Below are positions 58,855 to 64,000 of a stretch of DNA of 64,000 nt, piece by piece. How positions within the stretch are numbered: position 1 is the first letter of the stretch; each line of letters begins with the position of its first letter. The DNA is taken from positions 5,084,001-5,148,000 of the forward strand of contig CM035362.1 of the NCBI GenBank assembly GCA_020137815.1, written 5' to 3'. Source of the DNA: Hormiphora californensis (taxonomy: Eukaryota; Animalia; Ctenophora). A program made the translations under genes and the position numbers. A model generated the notes under the pieces. It was not told the origin of the DNA, did not search any database, and was given only the letters and a program-made list of their open reading frames with translations.

Positions 58855-60317
58855 CACGGCGTGCCCGAGGGTAGTTTAACATTTGTTTGAGTGCACACCT
58901 CCAATTCCGGTTGTAACTGGTCGGGAAGACCTCCCTGAAGGTCGTGGCGGTGCGGGAAAAATAGGGTAGACCTGCTGCGGCTTCAGAAAATTGAGAAAAA
59001 GATAGCTATCTTTTTTTTCACTTTGAAAATAAGACGTTTTTTATTAAAAGATCCTTGATCAGTGAGATACGGTTGTCCCCCACCTATTTTTTGACGTAGA
59101 ATCGAATGCCGTTGAAGTCAAATCTCTAAAATGTTGGCAAAATGGAGAAAATCACGTTTTTAGGTGTTTTTTGGTGAAAAAAGCGTTCAAACTGGTAGTA
59201 GATGATGGGATAGAGTCCCAAAAATATCATAAATCGATTTTTTGGGTCTTTTTCGCCCTAGAAACAGAGTTTCATGAAAATCTGGTACAACGCCTATTCT
59301 CCGTTTGCTTTCAAAGAAGCTGAATATTGCTCTAATTTAGCCAATTTTGAAGAAAAGGCGTCCAAAATGATACCAGTTGACAGGATAGAGTCCCAAAAAC
59401 GTGAAAATCATCAATTTTAGGCATTTTATACCCTAGAAACAAATGGACATGGTGGTCGAATGATATTTTTTATCTCGGTAGGCCTCTGAAGTATGTGGAA
59501 ATAGCCACAATGTAGAGATTGTGGTAAATTAATGTGAATAAACGTTTACCAAACCCACTTTAGTGGGCTTCTGGATTATGCAAGAGCCACTCTTCAACTT
59601 AGCAGGTGCTAAAGTGGGTTTGGTAAACGTTTATTCACATTAATTTACCACAATCTCTACATTGTGGCTATTACCACATACTTCAGAGGCCTACCGAGAT
59701 AAAAAATATCATTCGACCACCATATCCATTTGTTTCTAGGGTATAAAATGCCTAAAATTGATGATTTTCACGTTTTTGGGACTCTATCCTGTCAACTGGT
59801 ATCATTTTGGACGCCTTTTCTTCAAAATTGGCTAAATTAGAGCAATATTCAGCTTCTTTGAAAGCAAACGGAGAATAGGCGTTGTACCAGATTTTCATGA
59901 AACTCTGTTCCTAGGGCGAAAAAGACCCAAAAAATCGATTTATGATATTTTTGGGACTCTATCCCATCATCTACTACCAGTTTGAACGCTTTTTTCACCA
60001 AAAAACACCTAAAAACGTGATTTTCTCCATTTTGCCAACATTTTAGAGATTTGACTTCAACGGCATTCGATTCTACGTCAAAAAATAGGTGGGGGACAAC
60101 CGTATCTCACTGATCAAGGATCTTTTAATAAAAAACGTCTTATTTTCAAAGTGAAAAAAAAGATAGCTATCTTTTTCTCAATTTTCTGAAGCCGCAGCAG
60201 GTCTACCCTATTTTTCCCGCACCGCCACGACCTTCAGGGAGGTCTTCCCGACCAGTTACAACCGGAATTGGAGGTGTGCACTCAGACAAATGTTAAACTA
60301 CCCTCGGGCACGCCGTG
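58855..60317. mobile_element. 1.46-kb near-perfect palindrome with CAC...GTG ends and 4-bp TSD CCAT (Chapaev/CMC-like)
   Basis: Arms of about 710 bp around a short spacer near 59565-59610. CCAT at 58851-58854 and 60318-60321. Nested in a CACTCACCTCCTC-family element. Confidence 0.88.
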
Positions 60318-62015
60318 CCATGCTAAGAGGTGGCAATAGAGGTTCAAACACCGTAGAGTTTAAGTCTGAACAATGTTCGGTTCGTTAATTATCGCTAATT
60401 GAAAAACGCCAAAATGGCCTAAAATCTCCCTAAGTTCCGAATTGAAATTTTGGAGTTGAAACTCCAGACTTCGTGGAGATGTCCGCTAGGATGACAATAT
60501 GCACCAAAATCGGACGGAAGCCTAAATTCGTCCGAATTCGGTACGAAAAGCCGGGTAGACTGAATTTTGGTCACGTGACATGGGTCCAAAATCAGTTTTT
60601 TGCCATTTACGCTTTTCCAGTACGTCGGAGACAAAAAATATGGCCAATACTTGTCATTTCCATCGCTTTTCCTGCATCTTTTAAGCCCCCCATAAATATC
60701 CCTTACTTCAACGGTTCAGAAGTGGGCGTCATTTTGGGCTCCTAAAAATACTGAACCGTTAAGTAAGGGATATTTAAAGGGGACTTAAAAGATGCAGAGC
60801 GATGGAAATGACAAGTATTGGCCAATTTTTGTTCCGACGTACGGGAAGGCGAAATGGAAAAAAACTGATTTTGGACCCTGTCCGTGCCCAAAAATTCAGT
60901 CCCCGGGCTTTTCGACCGAATTGGGACGAATTTACTTCCCGCCGATTTTGGTGCATTTTGCCTCCGCGGCCCTCCCACGAGTCGGGAGTCCAACTCCAAA
61001 ATTTCAATTCAATTGGGCGTTTTAATTTTTCGAAAATTAGGAAATTGGGGGGGGTTCAGACTTAACTCCCCGGTATTGAACCTTTTTTCCCCCTCTAGCA
61101 GGGGAAAAGTTTCATAGAAATCAGAAGTAGTGAAATTTTTTCCCCTCTACTCCCCCGGTTTTTGTTTCTCAATCTTTGCATCTACGCAGGCTTCTTTTGG
61201 GACTTTCAGCCCTTCAGGGTCGCGAAACGGGGCCCTGGAGAGCTGACAACGAGGGAAAATTCAAACTCTTACATGCGGCGCCAACAATCAAAAAGGGGGC
61301 GGCGGCTCCCGCATTTTTTAACTTGTACATAATGTACTACATTGTACTTATATCATGACAGCCAAAGAAAGCTGGTATTGGGTGTAGGCTGCACAACAAT
61401 CTCTCAGCACTTGGAGAGATTTTAACACCTCGAAAAACTCTCCCTCATTATAACATGATAGATAATGGTACTCATGACTAATTACATCCTTTTATTTGTC
61501 TTTCTGGGGCTGCCTATTTTTCCTGGGGCCCCAAACAGGGATACTAAACAAACTTCAAGGCAGGGGAAGGCAAACACAAACGCCAAATGATGGTCCCACA
61601 CACAATGGCAAACTGTGTTACTTTTTTTCTTCTCACCCCGGGGGGGAGGTCCGTAATCGACAGACAACTGTTTTGGTGCCCACGGGGCCCCGATACTCCC
61701 CCGCAAATTTGGGGCGCGCAGAGCAAACCCGCCAAAGGGCCCGTTTGTGTGTCTGGGGGGGGGGTTTTCCCAAAACCCCCCCAAAAACGGAATGTATCCG
61801 AGGGGTGGGTGTGTAACACCCAGGGGGCCCTCTTTTTTTTTCTCTGCTGCGTACCCAACCCTGGGGGGGGCCCTCTCGACCTTTTCAATCTCACAATGAG
61901 GGGCACTGGTTGAGTGCTGAAAATGTGCAAACATGGAAAACCCTACCACACCAATTATTTTTTCCCCCATAACATGTGTCAAAACTTGGTGCATAGAACC
62001 AGTAGACACCTGGAT

Positions 62016-62077
<62 letters not shown>

Positions 62078-62566
62078 TAGAGAGAGAGAAAGAGAGATAG
62101 AGGTAGAGAGCGAGAGACTATAGAAAGAGATAGAGAGATATATCGAGAGAGAGAGCAGATAAGTAGAGAGAGACTCTCGCGATCTCTCTAGATCTAGCAC
62201 CTCGCTATCCTTGTCTCTCTCTCTCTCTCTCTCTCTCGCTCTCTCTCGACTCTCTCTCTCGAGCTCTCTCTCTCTCTCCTCTGCGGCTACTCTCCTCTAA
62301 CTCGCTCTCTGATCTCTTCTCCTCCTTTTCTCTCTTCTCTCTTCTCTCTCTCTTCTTCCTATCCTCTCCTCTCTCGCCCTCCTCCACTCCCCTCTTCTCT
62401 TCCTCCCCCCTCTCTCCCCTCTCCCTCCTTTTCTCCTTCCGGATTATTACAAGAAAAAACAAGAGCCATTTCGGACAATAAATATATTTCTCTCCTCTTC
62501 CCTTATCAGTTATCAGGCAAATAAATTCTATTGATAGGGCAGATTGCTCCAGCTTGCCTTGTTCGA

Positions 62567-62600
<34 letters not shown>

Positions 62601-63712
62601 CACGCCCCCTCTTTTACAAATGCAAAGGAGGGTTAGAAAATACCACGCTCTATCCAGCTATTTTCCAGAATGTCAAAGCTGGTTCAGTTATAACACCCTA
62701 GATCATGTAACGGGTTTCAGTTGTAGAGCTATTATAACAGTCGGACCACGATTTACCGACCCCCGATTTACCTAGACACCCCAATTAACAACCACACCCT
62801 CCTTCCCAAACTCCCGTATAAGATCGTGGTCCGACTGTGTAAATATCGCCCGTTGTGTGAAGAAGAAAACCTCACGTAAATTTCTTTGTAAGGGTTCGGA
62901 ATGAGAAAAATCTTTTTAAACGCGTACTGTAAAAAACGTATCGAACACGCTCATATTATATAAGCAATGATCCTGCCTCTAAATCATCTATCGCTTCACT
63001 TCTTCAATAAAGGAGAAAAATAATAATATCTTCACCTCCATATTTGTTTGTCAGAACTAGTCGCAGTTTTTTAGTCATAATAACCCTTCATTAACCATCT
63101 CCGAAGTAATTCTGCTACGTGGAAAACGGTTTCAATTCTAATTCAGGTTTCTCAAACAAAAACTGTAACTACATTTTATATCGCTTTTTAAACAGATTTG
63201 AACATGAACTCACTTTTGAGAAAAAAGAATCACTCTTGAACTTTAAATTTGTGTGGTAAGATAAAAAACACTTGTGTACAGGCGTTGTAAAAAGCTAAAA
63301 AGAGAGAATTATATTGTTACATGTTCATGCTGTGTGCTATTTTACATACAAACAGATTTAGAACTTACTTCAATGTTTGTTCAGGTACGCAGGATACAAA
63401 ACACCACCCACACATGTTACAGTCGTATACCCTGGATTACCTTAACCACCCCCCCATTTAGGCGGGAGGATAGTCCCCCCCCCCCCCCGATATATAGGAA
63501 ATTAACGGTATTTGGACCAGATTTACCGGGCAAACCCATTCCCCCTCAGCATCCCGCTAAATCGGGGTCCAACTGTACAAAAAGGTCTATCAAATACCGT
63601 CCCATTCATTTCATATGTTTCACTTGTGAACCCCGACTTTGAGCTATTATACTGCAGCAGCAGTATGTAAAGCTATACAAAGTAACACACATACACACGT
63701 CACTCACTATCT

Positions 63713-63768
<56 letters not shown>

Positions 63769-64000
63769 TCCTCTCTCTCTCTCTCATCTCCTCTCGCTCT
63801 CTCCTCTCCTCTCTCTCTCTCTCTTCCTTCTCCCTTCTCGTCTCCCAGATCCTCCTCTCCTCTCTCCTCTCTCGTTCTCTCCTCTCCGCTCTACCCTCTC
63901 TCTCTTTCTTCTTCTCATCCTCTTCTCTCCTCTCTCCAGTCTCCCTCTCTCTCCTCGCTCATCGTCTCTCTCCGGTCTCCCTCTCACATCACCGTCAATC

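Noticed and set aside
61140-62010. Several overlapping 100-175 aa ORFs
   Set aside because: Homopolymer-rich, low-quality-looking sequence with no recognisable protein motifs.

Overview
Eukaryotic (animal) genomic DNA, most likely a ctenophore of the Pleurobrachia/Hormiphora type. That assignment is inferred from a ctenophore-type spliced-leader sequence recalled from memory, not from a search. Positions 1-22902 hold the 5' three exons of ARP6 (ACTR6) on the minus strand and a tandem array of about 9 C2H2 zinc-finger genes, several broken by transposons or by poor sequence quality. After a 99-N gap, the plus strand carries the remaining 8 exons of ARP6, a two-exon huntingtin gene lacking polyQ, SNIP1 (FHA domain) and an Lhx3/4 LIM-homeobox gene. 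Introns and intergenic DNA are full of nested foldback/MITE DNA transposons with readable target-site duplications. Highlights: (1) a genomic spliced-leader exon fused directly to a minimal hammerhead-ribozyme motif upstream of Lhx3/4; (2) ARP6 split across opposite strands, with a split MITE and its TSD showing that the left contig is inverted; (3) a diversifying ZNF array with an LC8-type TQT motif; (4) a nearly intronless huntingtin; (5) an operon-like, co-oriented gene run with splice acceptors just before each ATG. Many single-base indels, often in homopolymers, look like long-read assembly errors.
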